Assembly (NCBI GenBank): GCA_003209795.1
Contig: QCPB01000002.1
Span: 44,324 to 108,323 of the forward strand
Direction of reading: 5' to 3'
DNA length: 64,000 nucleotides
Source of the DNA: Prochlorococcus sp. AG-436-C05
GTDB lineage: Bacteria; Cyanobacteriota; Cyanobacteriia; PCC-6307; Cyanobiaceae
Shown here: one piece after another, positions 41,885 through 53,877 of the stretch
Layout: each line of letters starts with the position of its first letter
Position numbering within the stretch: the first letter of the stretch is position 1
Made by a program: the position numbers and the translations under genes
Notes under the pieces: generated by a model
The model's input: only the letters and a program-made list of their open reading frames with translations
What the model was told of the DNA's origin: nothing
The model's database searches: none

Positions 41885-42478
41885 ATGGTCAGAACAAATT
41901 CTATGGTTTTGGAATTAGGGTTTCAATTGCCTAATTTCGAAATGATAAATGCTAATTCTTCAAATAATCAATATTTTAATTCTCATAATCTAGATAATCG
42001 GCATTTACTTTTAATGTTTATTTGTGCCCATTGCCCATTTGTTAAATATATTGAGAATCAAATTTTCACCTTAAGTAAAGAAATTGAGGATACAGTTCAA
42101 ACGGTTGCAGTTTCTAGTAATGATATTATCACTCATCCTTCAGATTCTCCTAAAAATTTGAGATTACAAGCACAATCACAGGGATGGAGTTTCCCTTATC
42201 TTTATGATGAAAATCAAAACTTTGCTAGGGAGTTAAAAGCGGCCTGCACCCCAGATTTTTATCTTTTTTCAAATGCAGGAGATGGTAATTTTTTATTGTA
42301 TTATCATGGCCAATTAGACGATAGTAGACCAGGTAATAATATCCCTCTGTCTGGTGAAGATTTGCGCTCTGCTGTAAGAGATTTGAATCAAGATAATTCT
42401 TATCCTTCAAATCAGATGCCGTCTTTAGGTTGCAATATTAAATGGACTTCTGGTAAAGAACCTAGTTGGTTTAAATGA
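41885..42478 (+). CDS. Thioredoxin/AhpC-TSA-family (peroxiredoxin-like) protein
   Basis: FICAHCPFV, FPYLYDE, AACTPDF, GQLDDSRP, GCNIKW. Confidence 0.85.
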   Translation: MVRTNSMVLELGFQLPNFEMINANSSNNQYFNSHNLDNRHLLLMFICAHCPFVKYIENQIFTLSKEIEDTVQTVAVSSNDIITHPSDSPKNLRLQAQSQGWSFPYLYDENQNFARELKAACTPDFYLFSNAGDGNFLLYYHGQLDDSRPGNNIPLSGEDLRSAVRDLNQDNSYPSNQMPSLGCNIKWTSGKEPSWFK

Positions 42479-42531
42479 ATTAAAATGTTTTTTTACCCAT
42501 AGAAATATGGTTTAGGGTTAATATATTCACT

Positions 42532-43737
42532 ATGCAGATACCTCCATTTACTTTAAATAGGCAGTTCCAAGAAATTGGCTCTGAAATTGAGAGTGAGGTT
42601 TTTAAAGTTTTAAAAGGCGGCCAGTATATTGGAGGACAAGAGATTGTCAAATTTGAGGAGAGTTTTTCTAATCTGATTGGTGTTGAAAATACTATTGGAT
42701 GTAATAGTGGAACTGATGCCTTAGTGTTAGCTTTGCGCGCATTAGATATTGGAGTGGGTGACGAAGTTATTACCTCATCTTTTAGCTTTTTTGCGACTGC
42801 AGAGGCTATTAGTGCAGTTGGTGCTAATCCTGTTTTGGTAGATATAGATCCTGAAACTTATCTCATTAATACTGAACTAATAGAACAAGAAATAAATTCT
42901 AATACCAAGGCAATTATACCAGTTCATCTATTTGGGAATGCAGTGAATATGACCTTAATAAAATCATTGGCCAACAAATATGACTTAAAAGTAATCGAAG
43001 ATTGTGCTCAGGCAACATGTACAATGTGGGAAAATTCTAAAGTTGGTAGTATCGGCGATATAGGTTGTTTTAGCTTTTTCCCTACTAAGAATTTAGGAGC
43101 TGCTGGAGATGGTGGAGCAGTAACAACATCAGATCAGAAGATTGCAAAAAAAATTAGAGAACTAGCTGTTCATGGTAGCCCAATAAGATATCACCATACT
43201 CAAATTGGATATAACAGCAGGCTTGATACCATTCAAGCTGCCATATTAAATATCAAAATTAAATATATTTCTAAGTGGATTAATAATCGCCAAGAAATCG
43301 CTAATAATTACCTTGATTTATTAGAAAAAAATCAATTTATTAGTTTTCCTAAAATCAGCTCTGATTCAATTTCCCATTCTTGGAATCAATTTGTAATCAA
43401 ATTAAGAAACGATAAATATTTTTTAAATGAAGATTTTTCAAATTTATTTGATACTGATTACAAAAAATACTATTCCTTAAGGAATTTGGTAAAACAACAA
43501 CTTTTTGAAAAAGGTATTAACTCAATTATTTATTACCCAATTCCAATACATGCACAAATAGCTTACAAAAATAAAAATTTTTCTAGAACAAAACTTATTA
43601 ATACAGAGAGGATTTGTACGGAAGTTCTTAGTCTTCCAATATTTCCTGAAATTTCTTACGAAGAGCAAGTTTATGTAGCAGAAAATTTAAATAAAGTTTT
43701 AAAGAATTGTATAGAGGAAATTCAAATTTCAGCATAA
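42532..43737 (+). CDS. DegT/DnrJ/EryC1/StrS PLP aminotransferase
   Basis: NSGTDAL, EDCAQA, FSFFPTKNLGAAGDGG, GYNSRLD, VLSLP. Confidence 0.92.
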   Translation: MQIPPFTLNRQFQEIGSEIESEVFKVLKGGQYIGGQEIVKFEESFSNLIGVENTIGCNSGTDALVLALRALDIGVGDEVITSSFSFFATAEAISAVGANPVLVDIDPETYLINTELIEQEINSNTKAIIPVHLFGNAVNMTLIKSLANKYDLKVIEDCAQATCTMWENSKVGSIGDIGCFSFFPTKNLGAAGDGGAVTTSDQKIAKKIRELAVHGSPIRYHHTQIGYNSRLDTIQAAILNIKIKYISKWINNRQEIANNYLDLLEKNQFISFPKISSDSISHSWNQFVIKLRNDKYFLNEDFSNLFDTDYKKYYSLRNLVKQQLFEKGINSIIYYPIPIHAQIAYKNKNFSRTKLINTERICTEVLSLPIFPEISYEEQVYVAENLNKVLKNCIEEIQISA

Positions 43738-45158
43738 AGAGATTTAAATAATCTTTGTTGTATGTTGTGATTTACAATAGGGTTTGAATAATTATTTTTT
43801 TCTAAATTAGATATCTCCTCATTTAATAGGTCTGAATTTGACACTTTAGATAATTCAGGAATCCAAGATTTTATATATTCGCAAATAGGATCAAATTTTT
43901 TTGCTTGAGTATATGGATTAAAAATTCTCAGTGGTTTTGGATCCATACCGCTACTAGCGCTCCATTGCCATCCCCCATTATTTGCAGCTAAGTCTCCATC
44001 AACTAACGTCTCCATAAATTTTTTCTCGCCCATTTGCCAACTGCATATAAGATCTTTTACTAGAAATGAAGCTACTATCATACGGCATCTATTATGCATC
44101 CAGCCAGTACTATTTAGTTGACGCATTGCAGCATCAACTATAGGTACACCAGTCTCGCCGTTGCTCCAATGCTCAAACCATTCATTATTGTTTTGCCACG
44201 GAAATTCATCCCATTTTTTTCTATATGGACCTTTCTCTAGCTCTGGGAAATGGAATAAGCAATGTTGATAAAATTCACGCCAAACAAGTTCTTTTTGCCA
44301 AGTTTCAATTGATAAGGAATCATAATGACTCCCAAAATCTGAATTTAAATTTAATGTGGCATTCCAAACTTTTCTTATGCTGATAGTCCCGAATCTGAGG
44401 GATGCACTTAAAAAAGATGTCCCATTATGGGAAGGTGAATCTCTTGCGAAATTGTAAGAATATATTTTTTTTTCGTTAATGAAGTTTTCTAATAATCTTT
44501 CAGCAGCATACTCACCAGGTCTACATGGACAAATATTTGAACCAGAAAATTTGATATTTTTAAGAAATTTCTTTAGAACCGAATCAGATGAATTTATTGT
44601 TTTATTTTCTTTAAGTTTCTTATCTATATCTTTAAACTGCAAAATAACTTTATCTTGATCATATGAACCTAATAAATTCATTTTTGATTTAAGGTTTTTA
44701 TAAAAAGGTCCATAAACCGAATAAGGTTTATTATTCCCTGAAAATATTTTTAAAGGTTCTATTAATAAGTGATCCCAAGATTCAATAACTTGAATATTTT
44801 TTTCTTTTAATTTTTTTTTAATTTGTAAATCTCGATTAATCTCATAAGGTTCAATTGATCTATTCCAAAAAACAAATTTAGCATTTATTGTTTTTGCTAA
44901 TTGAGGGATTATTAATACAGGATCTCCTTCTTTTATAACTAGTCTACTACCCATTTTTTTCCAATTTTTTCCTAATTCTTGAAGCGAATTTCCTAGAAAC
45001 CAAGCTCTTGAATTTGCATTAAAATCGTGTGAGTAATTTTTATCTAATATATAAGTTGAAGTAATAGCATTTGATAATGAAAATGCTTTGATTAAAGCTT
45101 GATTATCAATTATTCTTAGATCTTTTCTATGCCAGAAAAGTATTCTAGGATTATTCAT
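43722..45158 (-). CDS. phrB: DNA (CPD) photolyase
   Basis: WHRKDLRIIDN, LVWREFY, TGVPIVDAAMRQL, WMHNRCRM, NNGGWQWSAS, RIFNP. Confidence 0.93.
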   Translation of the reverse strand: MNNPRILFWHRKDLRIIDNQALIKAFSLSNAITSTYILDKNYSHDFNANSRAWFLGNSLQELGKNWKKMGSRLVIKEGDPVLIIPQLAKTINAKFVFWNRSIEPYEINRDLQIKKKLKEKNIQVIESWDHLLIEPLKIFSGNNKPYSVYGPFYKNLKSKMNLLGSYDQDKVILQFKDIDKKLKENKTINSSDSVLKKFLKNIKFSGSNICPCRPGEYAAERLLENFINEKKIYSYNFARDSPSHNGTSFLSASLRFGTISIRKVWNATLNLNSDFGSHYDSLSIETWQKELVWREFYQHCLFHFPELEKGPYRKKWDEFPWQNNNEWFEHWSNGETGVPIVDAAMRQLNSTGWMHNRCRMIVASFLVKDLICSWQMGEKKFMETLVDGDLAANNGGWQWSASSGMDPKPLRIFNPYTQAKKFDPICEYIKSWIPELSKVSNSDLLNEEISNLEKNNYSNPIVNHNIQQRLFKSLYAEI

Positions 45159-45718
45159 AGTTTATATAAAAATTGTTTAGCTCTAAACCAAGCAGTCACA
45201 GTTTTTGCGTCAAGAATTTCATTCCCACTAGAAATAAGATTATCTAGTTCGTCGGGATCCAAAATAAGTACTTCTATATCTTCATCTAAATCCCCTTTAA
45301 CCTCGGACTTTAGTTTGTTTAAATCTCGCGCCAGAAATAAATAAATTTCTTCATCTGCATAACCAGGAGCTGGGACAAGAGTTCCTAATTCATCCCATTT
45401 ATCTGCACTAAATCCAGTCTCTTCTTGAATTTCTCTTTTAATTGAATTAATAGGTGTTTCACCTATTTCTAATGTTCCTGCTGGGAATTCTAATAAATAT
45501 CTTGAAACAGCAAATCTATATTGCCGAAGAATTATAACTTTATTGTCTTTTGTAATAGGTACAGCTAACGCGGCACCAGGATGCTTTATGTATCCATATT
45601 CACCTTCATGCCCATTAGGCAGTTGAATTCTATTGATTTCAAAACTAAATTTTTTTGACTTTAACTCAGATATTTTTTCTTTAAAAAGTGACCTTTTTAT
45701 AAGATTTTTATTGCCCAT
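45155..45718 (-). CDS. Nudix hydrolase (ADP-ribose pyrophosphatase-like)
   Basis: QYRF, EFPAG, Nudix box GTLEIGE...REIQEETG. Confidence 0.9.
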   Translation of the reverse strand: MGNKNLIKRSLFKEKISELKSKKFSFEINRIQLPNGHEGEYGYIKHPGAALAVPITKDNKVIILRQYRFAVSRYLLEFPAGTLEIGETPINSIKREIQEETGFSADKWDELGTLVPAPGYADEEIYLFLARDLNKLKSEVKGDLDEDIEVLILDPDELDNLISSGNEILDAKTVTAWFRAKQFLYKL

Positions 45719-45765
45719 AATTTTTAAATAGAAATAGCCTAACAGTTATTTCTTGGTTTTGTAAA

Positions 45766-46344
45766 TTAGCTAATAGACCATCTTGGGTCATCAAATATTT
45801 TGATTTTTTGGCTTCTTTTTAAGATCTCAGATAGTGGGGTAATAACAAAATTACGATTCATAAATCTGGGGTGAGGTAATGTTAATTCCTCATCAATTGT
45901 ATGTAAATCTTCCCACCATAGAATATCTAGATCAAGACATCTTGATAGCCATTTCTCCCCGTTTGGTGTTTTTTCTCGTCCAAAAAAACACTCTAATTTC
46001 TTTAGCTTTTTTAAGAGTAATTTTGCATTTAGTGTTGATTGCATTGGAAAATAATTACTCTTAACAAGGACTAACGTATTCAGATAATTTGGCTGTTCAT
46101 TTTCAACTCCATGAGGAAATGTCTCATATATTGAAGACCATAAAAAGTGTGGATTAGATGTTCTGATTGCTTCTGTTTTATTTTGAGATTGATTTATCCA
46201 ATACTTTATTATTTTCTCTACTTTTGGTTTGCATATTATCAATGACTCTAGAGGAGGCCCGAATTTACTATCAATATTTGCCCCAAGGGATATACATAGT
46301 CCATTTTTGATATTAAGATTTGATAATTCCACTACAAAAAACAA
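45766..46344 (-). CDS. folK: 2-amino-4-hydroxy-6-hydroxymethyldihydropteridine diphosphokinase
   Basis: [32 protein letters not shown]. Confidence 0.92.
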   Translation of the reverse strand: MFFVVELSNLNIKNGLCISLGANIDSKFGPPLESLIICKPKVEKIIKYWINQSQNKTEAIRTSNPHFLWSSIYETFPHGVENEQPNYLNTLVLVKSNYFPMQSTLNAKLLLKKLKKLECFFGREKTPNGEKWLSRCLDLDILWWEDLHTIDEELTLPHPRFMNRNFVITPLSEILKRSQKIKIFDDPRWSIS

Positions 46345-46380
46345 AGTTATTGGATAAATTCTATATCAGGCATTTTAAAA

Positions 46381-48555
46381 GTGATTTTGAAACAAGAGTT
46401 AAAAGGAAAAGAAGAAATAAAAGATTTAATGAAATCAAAGGAATCTTTTAGAGCTTTTCCTTTAGCTGCAATTACAGGTCATAGCTTATTGAAATTATCT
46501 TTACTTCTATCGGCAGTTGATCCAAGTTTAGGAGGAGTAATTATTGCTGGTGGTAGAGGTACTGGTAAATCAGTATTGGCGAGAGGGTTACATAATTTAA
46601 TTCCCCCTATAGAAGTATTAGATAATGAAGCAATACTTAAAAATCTTACTCAAGCTAATACTTCATTAAGACCTATAAGTAGAAACTTAGATCCAAATAA
46701 ACCAGAGGAGTGGGATTTAAATACTAAGAAATTACTTGAGGAGACAATTGGAACTAATTACCTTAATCAAATTGAAGATATCCCCAAAAAGGTTAGAGAA
46801 GCACCATTTATTCAAGTTCCTATTGGAATAACTGAAGATAGACTTGTGGGCTCTATCGATGTTGCAGCGTCATTAAATACGGGCGAACAAGTTTTTCAGC
46901 CTGGGATTTTAGCTGAGGCCCATAGAGGTGTTTTATATGTAGATGATATTAATTTATTGGATGATGGGATTGTAAATTTAATTCTTGAAGCTACTGGAAG
47001 AGAGCAAAACAATATAGAAAGAGATGGTTTGAGCTTATCGCATCCATGTAGATCTCTTTTGATTGCAACTTATAATCCTGAAGAAGGAGCCCTTAGAGAT
47101 CATGTTTTAGATCGATTTGCAATTGTCCTTTCAGCAGATCAATCTATTAAAAATGCTCAAAGAGTTGAGATCACAAAATCTGTGTTATCTCATGCGGAAA
47201 ATAATATTAAGTTTTCAGAAAAGTGGTCCGAAGAGTCTGAAAATTTATCTACTCAATTAATTTTGGCCAGGCAATGGTTAAAGGATGTAAAGATAACTAA
47301 AGAACAAATAACTTATCTAGTAAATGAAGCACTTAGAGGGGGAGTAGAAGGCCATCGATCCGAATTATTTGCAGTAAAAGTAGCTAAAGCGAATGCAGCA
47401 CTTAGAGGTGATGAAAATGTTAATTCTGAGGATTTAAAGGTTGCTGTAAGATTGGTGATTCTCCCAAGGGCAATGCAAATACCTCCTGAAGATGAAGATG
47501 ATATTCAACCCCCTCCACCAGAGGAGCAGAGCCCACCCCCTCCACCTCAATCAAATAATGATGATTCAGAACCGGAATCTAATGAAAATGAGGACAATCA
47601 AGAACAAGAGCAGGAAGAAGATAATTCTGATGGAGAAGAAGAATCTACTCCTGAAATACCAGAAGAGTTTATCTTAGATCCTGAGGCATGTATGGTTGAT
47701 CCTGATTTATTGCTTTTTTCGTCCGCAAAAGCAAAAGCAGGAAATAGTGGAAGCAGGTCAGTCATATTTAGTGATAGTCGAGGAAGATATGTTAAACCTA
47801 TAATTCCTAGAGGAAAAGTAAAAAGAATTGCTGTAGATGCAACTCTTCGAGCTGCGGCCCCTTATCAGAAATCTAGAAGATTAAGAAATCCCAATAAATC
47901 AATTGTGATAGAGGAAAGTGATTTTAGAGCAAAGCTACTTCAAAAAAAGGCTGGAGCTTTAGTGATTTTCCTTGTTGACGCAAGTGGTTCTATGGCACTT
48001 AATAGAATGCAAAGTGCAAAAGGTGCTGTAATCAGACTTTTGACTGAGGCATATGAAAATAGAGATGAGGTAGCTCTTATACCTTTCAGAGGTAATCAAG
48101 CAGAAGTTCTTTTACCTCCAACAAGGTCTATAACTGCAGCAAAAAGAAGGTTAGAAACTATGCCATGTGGGGGAGGATCTCCATTAGCTCATGGATTAAC
48201 GCAATCAGCAAAAGTTGCAAAAAATGCACTCTCTACAGGAGATATTGGCCAAGTAATTGTTGTTGGGATTACTGATGGACGAGGTAATGTGCCCTTGGGA
48301 TTGTCTCTAGGACAGGCTGAGGCTGAAGATAAAGAGAATGAAAATGTTGATTTAAAGCAAGAAGTTCTTGATATAGCTGCTAAATATCCTATGCTTGGCA
48401 TTAAGCTATTAATAATTGATACAGAGAGAAAATTCATAGCAAGTGGCTTTGGGAAAGAATTAGCAGAGGCAGCGCAAGGTAAATATGTTCAATTACCTAA
48501 AGCTACTGATAAGACAATCGCAGCAATGGCGTTAAATGCTATAAATGAAATCTAA
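46381..48555 (+). CDS. chlD: Magnesium chelatase subunit D
   Basis: [11 protein letters not shown]+ domain, Pro/acidic linker ([13 protein letters not shown]...EQEQEED), vWA DASGSM. Confidence 0.96.
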   Translation: MILKQELKGKEEIKDLMKSKESFRAFPLAAITGHSLLKLSLLLSAVDPSLGGVIIAGGRGTGKSVLARGLHNLIPPIEVLDNEAILKNLTQANTSLRPISRNLDPNKPEEWDLNTKKLLEETIGTNYLNQIEDIPKKVREAPFIQVPIGITEDRLVGSIDVAASLNTGEQVFQPGILAEAHRGVLYVDDINLLDDGIVNLILEATGREQNNIERDGLSLSHPCRSLLIATYNPEEGALRDHVLDRFAIVLSADQSIKNAQRVEITKSVLSHAENNIKFSEKWSEESENLSTQLILARQWLKDVKITKEQITYLVNEALRGGVEGHRSELFAVKVAKANAALRGDENVNSEDLKVAVRLVILPRAMQIPPEDEDDIQPPPPEEQSPPPPPQSNNDDSEPESNENEDNQEQEQEEDNSDGEEESTPEIPEEFILDPEACMVDPDLLLFSSAKAKAGNSGSRSVIFSDSRGRYVKPIIPRGKVKRIAVDATLRAAAPYQKSRRLRNPNKSIVIEESDFRAKLLQKKAGALVIFLVDASGSMALNRMQSAKGAVIRLLTEAYENRDEVALIPFRGNQAEVLLPPTRSITAAKRRLETMPCGGGSPLAHGLTQSAKVAKNALSTGDIGQVIVVGITDGRGNVPLGLSLGQAEAEDKENENVDLKQEVLDIAAKYPMLGIKLLIIDTERKFIASGFGKELAEAAQGKYVQLPKATDKTIAAMALNAINEI

Positions 48556-48560
48556 GATTT

Positions 48561-49406
48561 TTATGGGTAAACTTCATTAAGGAATTTTGCAAGTCCAATT
48601 GTTAAATCCCTAATAGATTTAGTTAATTTTTTATCTTTCATTAATTTCTCAAAATCATCGCTCATACTATCTAGTTTGACTGATATTGATCTTGCGGCAT
48701 TAAGTGTTAATTTAACATCATTTAGTGTTTCTTTATCATCTATGGTGGACAAAATGCTATTTAGGTGGGTCGCAATTTTCTGAACGTCGTTTATAAGAGG
48801 TTTTAAATTTGTTGTTGCCTCCTTTGACATATAAATTAACTCATCAAGGTTTTCTTGTGTTCTATCAAATTGGTCTATTGAATTAACTATATTTTCAATT
48901 AAATTTTCTTGATTTGATTCTTTAAGAAGTTGATTAATTCTATTGGTTATGTTTGAAAGACTTGAAAGTTGTTTGCCAGTGATTGTATCTCCCTGACAAA
49001 TAATTAATTTACTGTCGCAATTTTCAGATGTTGCTTTTGCAATATTCTGTGGAATTGTTTCGTTATTAGTTTCTAATGCGACTTGTACATCTCCTCCTAA
49101 GAAAGAATTCGTTACGACTTTCGCAAATGCTGGTTTTGCAAGAATAATATTAGGATTATCCAACACTATTTTTGCTTTTATTGATTCATTAGTAAATAAA
49201 ATATCCTCTACTGAGCCTACTAAAATTCCTCTATATGTTACTGGAGATTTTTTTGCTAGCCCACTTGCATTATTGAATTCAGCGAAGAGGTGCCAATTCT
49301 TTGAAGATAATTTTACACCTCTTATCCAGAAATAAAAAAATGTGAATACTAAAATTCCTCCTAATAAGGAAAATCCCACTATTGAATCTCGTAAACTTCT
49401 ACGCAT
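48561..49406 (-). CDS. mlaD: MlaD/MCE-family lipid transport protein (Ycf22/TGD2-like)
   Basis: N-terminal TM, F.NASGL..SPVTYRGILVGSV MCE motif, helical tail. Confidence 0.85.
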   Translation of the reverse strand: MRRSLRDSIVGFSLLGGILVFTFFYFWIRGVKLSSKNWHLFAEFNNASGLAKKSPVTYRGILVGSVEDILFTNESIKAKIVLDNPNIILAKPAFAKVVTNSFLGGDVQVALETNNETIPQNIAKATSENCDSKLIICQGDTITGKQLSSLSNITNRINQLLKESNQENLIENIVNSIDQFDRTQENLDELIYMSKEATTNLKPLINDVQKIATHLNSILSTIDDKETLNDVKLTLNAARSISVKLDSMSDDFEKLMKDKKLTKSIRDLTIGLAKFLNEVYP

Positions 49407-49411
49407 AATTT

Positions 49412-50197
49412 TTAAATGTCTTTGGGTTGCATAGGGCCATTAAGGTTCCCATTCCTGAATTGAAATACATAGGGATCACTACTTTCTTTAAATTCATCGA
49501 CAGAGCCTGACCATCTTAATTTCCCTCCATAAAGCATTACAACTTTATCAGAAGTCCTTTCTATAGTACTAAGAACATGGCTAACTACAATAGATGATCC
49601 ATTAGCTTTCTCATTTGTTTTATTAATTAAATCCTCAATTCTTGAGGAAGCAATAGGATCAAGCCCTGCAGTTGGTTCGTCAAAAAGTAATAGAGGCTTA
49701 TTGTTTGAGGGTTGATTTTGATCTGTGATTAAAGCTCTGGCGAAACTAACTCTTTTTTGCATACCCCCACTTAATTCATTTGGGAGTTTATTCCCAACAT
49801 TAAATAATCCTACTTCTTCTAAACATTCATTCACTATTTCATGAATTAACTTTTTAGAAAGTTTTTTGTTTCTTTGAAGAAGAAAACCTACATTCTCTTC
49901 AATAGTCAAAGATCCTAGTAATGCAGGATTCTGAAAAACTAGTCTTACATCAGGAGGATTATTTTGATCCAATCTTAAATATTGTTGTTTTTCTCCAAAT
50001 ATCATTAATTCCCCTTCAGTTGGCAAAATCAGTCCTGCTACGATTTTTAATATAGTTGATTTCCCAGAACCTGAAGGACCAACAATAGCTAATTTCTCAC
50101 CGTTAGTTAGTTTTAAATTTAATTTATTAAGAACAATAAGCTGGTCCCAACTTATTGAGAGGTTTTTAATTTCCAATGCTTGCTTATTTTGTTTCAC
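49412..50197 (-). CDS. mlaF: ABC ATP-binding protein (MlaF/TGD3-like)
   Basis: GPSGSGKS, LSGGMQKRVSFARA, DEPTAGLDP; adjacent to the MCE gene. Confidence 0.85.
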   Translation of the reverse strand: MKQNKQALEIKNLSISWDQLIVLNKLNLKLTNGEKLAIVGPSGSGKSTILKIVAGLILPTEGELMIFGEKQQYLRLDQNNPPDVRLVFQNPALLGSLTIEENVGFLLQRNKKLSKKLIHEIVNECLEEVGLFNVGNKLPNELSGGMQKRVSFARALITDQNQPSNNKPLLLFDEPTAGLDPIASSRIEDLINKTNEKANGSSIVVSHVLSTIERTSDKVVMLYGGKLRWSGSVDEFKESSDPYVFQFRNGNLNGPMQPKDI

Positions 50198-50327
50198 AAA
50201 CTATATAAAAGAAAGTTGATCTTTAATTACATATTGCCTATTTTAGAAAAAAATAAAGGATCTATACATTTGATTTATAATGAATTTATAAATATTTAAT
50301 TTTTTAAAAAATAACTTTCGAGGACTA

Positions 50328-51734
50328 TTGATGAAGACTAGGAAAAAAAGGATAAAAATGATAAAGAGGATAAAAAGAACATATAACTATCTTAAGAAAT
50401 CTAACTTTGTATTAAAAAATAAGATCTTAAGGATTCTAAGTTGGCTTTTGCCTGGACTGGTAATTAAAAGATGGATGATTACATCTGCTATTGGATTTAT
50501 AACTTCATTGTTTGGACTTGCAATTTGGACCAATTTAAGGCCACTTTATTGGCTTATAGACGTCTTTTTTTGGTTAATGACAAGTTTAACTAGTATTTTA
50601 CCTGTTTCGATATTAGGTCCATTAATTTTTTTTATTGGGCTTTCATTAATTGGGGTTGGACAAAATAGAAGTATAAATTCTATTCAAAAAGCACTTGTGC
50701 CAGAAAAAAGCACATTTTTAGTAGATGCATTGCGAGTTAAAAGTAAACTAAATAGAGGACCCAATATTGTTGCAATTGGAGGTGGTACAGGCTTATCAAC
50801 TTTATTAAAGGGTTTGAAAAATTACAGTAGTAATATTACAGCTATCGTCACAGTTTCTGATGATGGAGGTAGTAGTGGAATTCTTAGAAGGCAATTAGGA
50901 GTTCAACCACCAGGGGATATTAGAAATTGTTTAGCAGCCTTGTCAAATGAAGAACCCATTTTAACGAGATTATTTCAATATAGATTTTCAGGAGGTAGCG
51001 GATTAGAGGGGCATAGTTTTGGAAATCTTTTTTTATCTGCTTTAACAACAATTACAGGGAGTTTAGAAAAGGCAGTTCAGGCGGCGAGTAAGGTTTTAGC
51101 AGTACAAGGACAAGTTGTACCTGCAACAAATATAGATGTAATTTTATGGGCAGAACTAGAAGATGGCGAGAAAATCTATGGAGAAAGCAATATAAGTAAG
51201 TCTAAAAAATTGATTTCGAGGATTGGTTATCTGCCCGAAAATCCTTCTGCTCTACCAAGCGCAATCGAATCTATAAAAGAAGCTGACTTGATTGTGCTAG
51301 GCCCAGGGAGTCTTTACACTTCTTTGTTACCTAATTTGTTAGTACCAGAGCTTGTAGAAGTGCTAATGAACAGTAATGCTCCTAAAGTTTATATAAGTAA
51401 TTTAATGACCCAGCCAGGAGAAACAGACGGGCTTGATGTTTATCAGCATATTAAATCAATAGAAAAACAATTATCTAATTTGGGGGTTAATAATCGAATT
51501 TTTAATGCAATCTTATCTCAGAAAGAATTTGATGATTCCCCAGTTATAGACTACTACAGAAGTAGGGGAGCAGAACCAGTTCAATGTAATAAGGAAGAAT
51601 TACTATCAGAAGGGTATTATGTTTTGCAAGCACCTCTTTATGCAAAGAGAATAACCCCAACTCTGAGACATGATCCCCATAGATTAGCCAGAGCTGTAAT
51701 TTTTATTTATAGAAAATTACAGAAATTAAATTAA
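50328..51734 (+). CDS. yvcK: YvcK/GlmR-family UDP-GlcNAc-binding protein with N-terminal TM region; start may be downstream
   Basis: [45 protein letters not shown]. Confidence 0.9.
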   Translation: MMKTRKKRIKMIKRIKRTYNYLKKSNFVLKNKILRILSWLLPGLVIKRWMITSAIGFITSLFGLAIWTNLRPLYWLIDVFFWLMTSLTSILPVSILGPLIFFIGLSLIGVGQNRSINSIQKALVPEKSTFLVDALRVKSKLNRGPNIVAIGGGTGLSTLLKGLKNYSSNITAIVTVSDDGGSSGILRRQLGVQPPGDIRNCLAALSNEEPILTRLFQYRFSGGSGLEGHSFGNLFLSALTTITGSLEKAVQAASKVLAVQGQVVPATNIDVILWAELEDGEKIYGESNISKSKKLISRIGYLPENPSALPSAIESIKEADLIVLGPGSLYTSLLPNLLVPELVEVLMNSNAPKVYISNLMTQPGETDGLDVYQHIKSIEKQLSNLGVNNRIFNAILSQKEFDDSPVIDYYRSRGAEPVQCNKEELLSEGYYVLQAPLYAKRITPTLRHDPHRLARAVIFIYRKLQKLN

Positions 51735-52264
51735 TATGCATCTTGTAATTCATAGAAATCAGGTTGAATATAATCTTTCCTTAGTGGCCAACCTCTCCAA
51801 TCTTCTGGCATTAAAAGTCTTTTAGGATTTGGATGGTCAGCAAAATTTATACCATACATGTCATAAGTTTCTCTCTCTTGCCAATCACTTCCTTTAAAAA
51901 TCTTATATAAACTAGGCACAGATAAATCTGAATTTCTTTTTAAAAAAACTTTTAATCTCACTTCCTTAACTTTTTCTATTTTGTTGAAATCATCTACTGA
52001 GATAAAATGATAAAAACTCACTAGATTTTTGCCTGCTCCTTCATCATATCCTCCTTGACATTGAAGATAATTAAACCCGTAATTTTTGAGAATTGATACT
52101 GCTTCATATAAATCGCTAGGTTTGACTGAGAGGATTTCAATACCTAAGTGGTCACAGTCTAAGGATTCGTTAGGAATCCCATCTTTAGAAAGTCTTTGGC
52201 TTATTAAGCCTTGCTTTTCTATTGATATTTCTGAAGATTGCGAAAGATTTTCTTTGTCCATCAA
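51731..52264 (-). CDS. ndhJ: NDH-1 subunit J
   Basis: [32 protein letters not shown]. Confidence 0.96.
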   Translation of the reverse strand: MMDKENLSQSSEISIEKQGLISQRLSKDGIPNESLDCDHLGIEILSVKPSDLYEAVSILKNYGFNYLQCQGGYDEGAGKNLVSFYHFISVDDFNKIEKVKEVRLKVFLKRNSDLSVPSLYKIFKGSDWQERETYDMYGINFADHPNPKRLLMPEDWRGWPLRKDYIQPDFYELQDAY

Positions 52265-52995
52265 TTTGTTTCAATGTTGGGTAAGTTGCTTTTTAAGGAT
52301 TCTTCAGTTAATGCTTGTATTTTTTCTTTTTTGGAGGAAGACATAATATTTTCTGATTTTTTATTTAAATATTCTCCAGTATTTTCTGAAAAAACAATTT
52401 TCATTTTATGATCTACTGTTATATATCTATGGGTTTGTTCTGTTTTATTCCGCTCTAGTATTGATTCATTCCCAACTTTTTTCCTTAATTTGATAACAGC
52501 ATCGAAAATTGCTTCTGGTCTCGGAGGACATCCTGGAAGATATAGATCTACTGGGATTAATTTATCAACTCCTCTCACTGCAGTTGTAGAATCTGCACTA
52601 AACATGCCACCGGTTATCGTGCAAGCTCCCATTGCTATAACATATTTTGGCTCAGGCATTTGCTCATAAAGCCTTACAAGAGCAGGAGCCATCTTCATTG
52701 TGACTGTGCCAGCGACGATTAATAAATCTGCTTGTCTTGGCGAGCTTCTTGGGACTAATCCAAACCTATCGAAATCAAATCTTGAACCTATAAGTGCTGC
52801 AAATTCTATAAAACAGCAGGCTGTTCCGTAAAGAAGAGGCCATAAACTACTTAACCTTGCCCAATTATGTAAATCATCTAGGCTTGTTAAAATTATATTT
52901 TCACTTAAATCAGTAGTGACTTGGGGAGTTCCAAGAGGATTGCAAGTTCCTTCTCTTATTTCTCTGATTGTTTTTGGGGATAATGGCTGGTTCAA
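52261..52995 (-). CDS. ndhK: NDH-1 subunit K
   Basis: [32 protein letters not shown]. Confidence 0.97.
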   Translation of the reverse strand: MNQPLSPKTIREIREGTCNPLGTPQVTTDLSENIILTSLDDLHNWARLSSLWPLLYGTACCFIEFAALIGSRFDFDRFGLVPRSSPRQADLLIVAGTVTMKMAPALVRLYEQMPEPKYVIAMGACTITGGMFSADSTTAVRGVDKLIPVDLYLPGCPPRPEAIFDAVIKLRKKVGNESILERNKTEQTHRYITVDHKMKIVFSENTGEYLNKKSENIMSSSKKEKIQALTEESLKSNLPNIETN

Positions 52996-52999
52996 TTCT

Positions 53000-53362
53000 T
53001 TAACTCCATTCTAAAGCACCTTTTCTCCAAGCGTATGCCAAAGCAATGACTAGTATTGCTATAAAAATTAGCGCTTCAATAAAGGCTAGTAATCCTAATC
53101 GATTAAATGCAACAGCCCAAGGATAAAGGAAGACTGTCTCAACATCAAATATAACGAAAACTAATGCGAACATGTAGTACCTAATATTAAATTGGATCCA
53201 AGCCCCTCCAATAGGCTCCATGCCTGATTCATATGTAAGTTTTCTTTCGCCGGTTCTGCCTTTTGGAGCAATAACTAGATTCGTCACCAAAGCTAAAATA
53301 GGAACTGCAGCAGCAATTATAAGAAAACCTAAAAAATATTCATAACCAGATAATAGAAACAT
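53000..53362 (-). CDS. ndhC: NDH-1 subunit 3
   Basis: [30 protein letters not shown]. Confidence 0.97.
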   Translation of the reverse strand: MFLLSGYEYFLGFLIIAAAVPILALVTNLVIAPKGRTGERKLTYESGMEPIGGAWIQFNIRYYMFALVFVIFDVETVFLYPWAVAFNRLGLLAFIEALIFIAILVIALAYAWRKGALEWS

Positions 53363-53439
53363 TTTAAAAAAATAATTTGGATGAAAATTCGCTTAATTGA
53401 GCAAAATCTTTTAGAGTCCTTAAAGAATCATAATAAATC

Positions 53440-53868
53440 GTGAGTGAAAACATTCAACCAACCTCTGAGGAAAACAAAATAGTTAAGAATTTTGAGAAAG
53501 ATAATCTTTCAAAAAGTTCTTCAGAAGTGGATATTGAATCATCTCCTACTAATTTAGACCAAAATAGATTCGAATGTAGAAGTTGTGGTTACATTTATGA
53601 TCCGTCTGAAGGAAATAAAAAATTGAATATCTCTCCTAATACTCCGTTTTCTGCTTTAGATGGTAATTCATTTGTTTGCCCAGTTTGCAGAGCTGGGAAA
53701 AATTTTTATAAAGATATTGGTCCCAAATCTAAACCTAGTGGTTTTGAGGAAAATTTAACTTATGGATTTGGTTTTAATAAATTACCATCAGGTCAAAAAA
53801 ATATCTTAATTTTTGGAGGGTTAGCATTCGCAGCTGCATGTTTTCTTTCTTTATACTCTTTGCATTAA
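53440..53868 (+). CDS. rubA: Membrane-anchored rubredoxin
   Basis: CRSCGYIYDP...CPVC, GFEEN..YGFG, C-terminal TM; directly upstream of ycf48-psbEFLJ. Confidence 0.92.
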   Translation: MSENIQPTSEENKIVKNFEKDNLSKSSSEVDIESSPTNLDQNRFECRSCGYIYDPSEGNKKLNISPNTPFSALDGNSFVCPVCRAGKNFYKDIGPKSKPSGFEENLTYGFGFNKLPSGQKNILIFGGLAFAAACFLSLYSLH

Positions 53869-53877
53869 TATATACTA

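Noticed and set aside
47480-47670. Low-complexity Pro/Glu/Asp-rich stretch
   Set aside because: This is the normal ChlD linker, not a repeat element or insertion.
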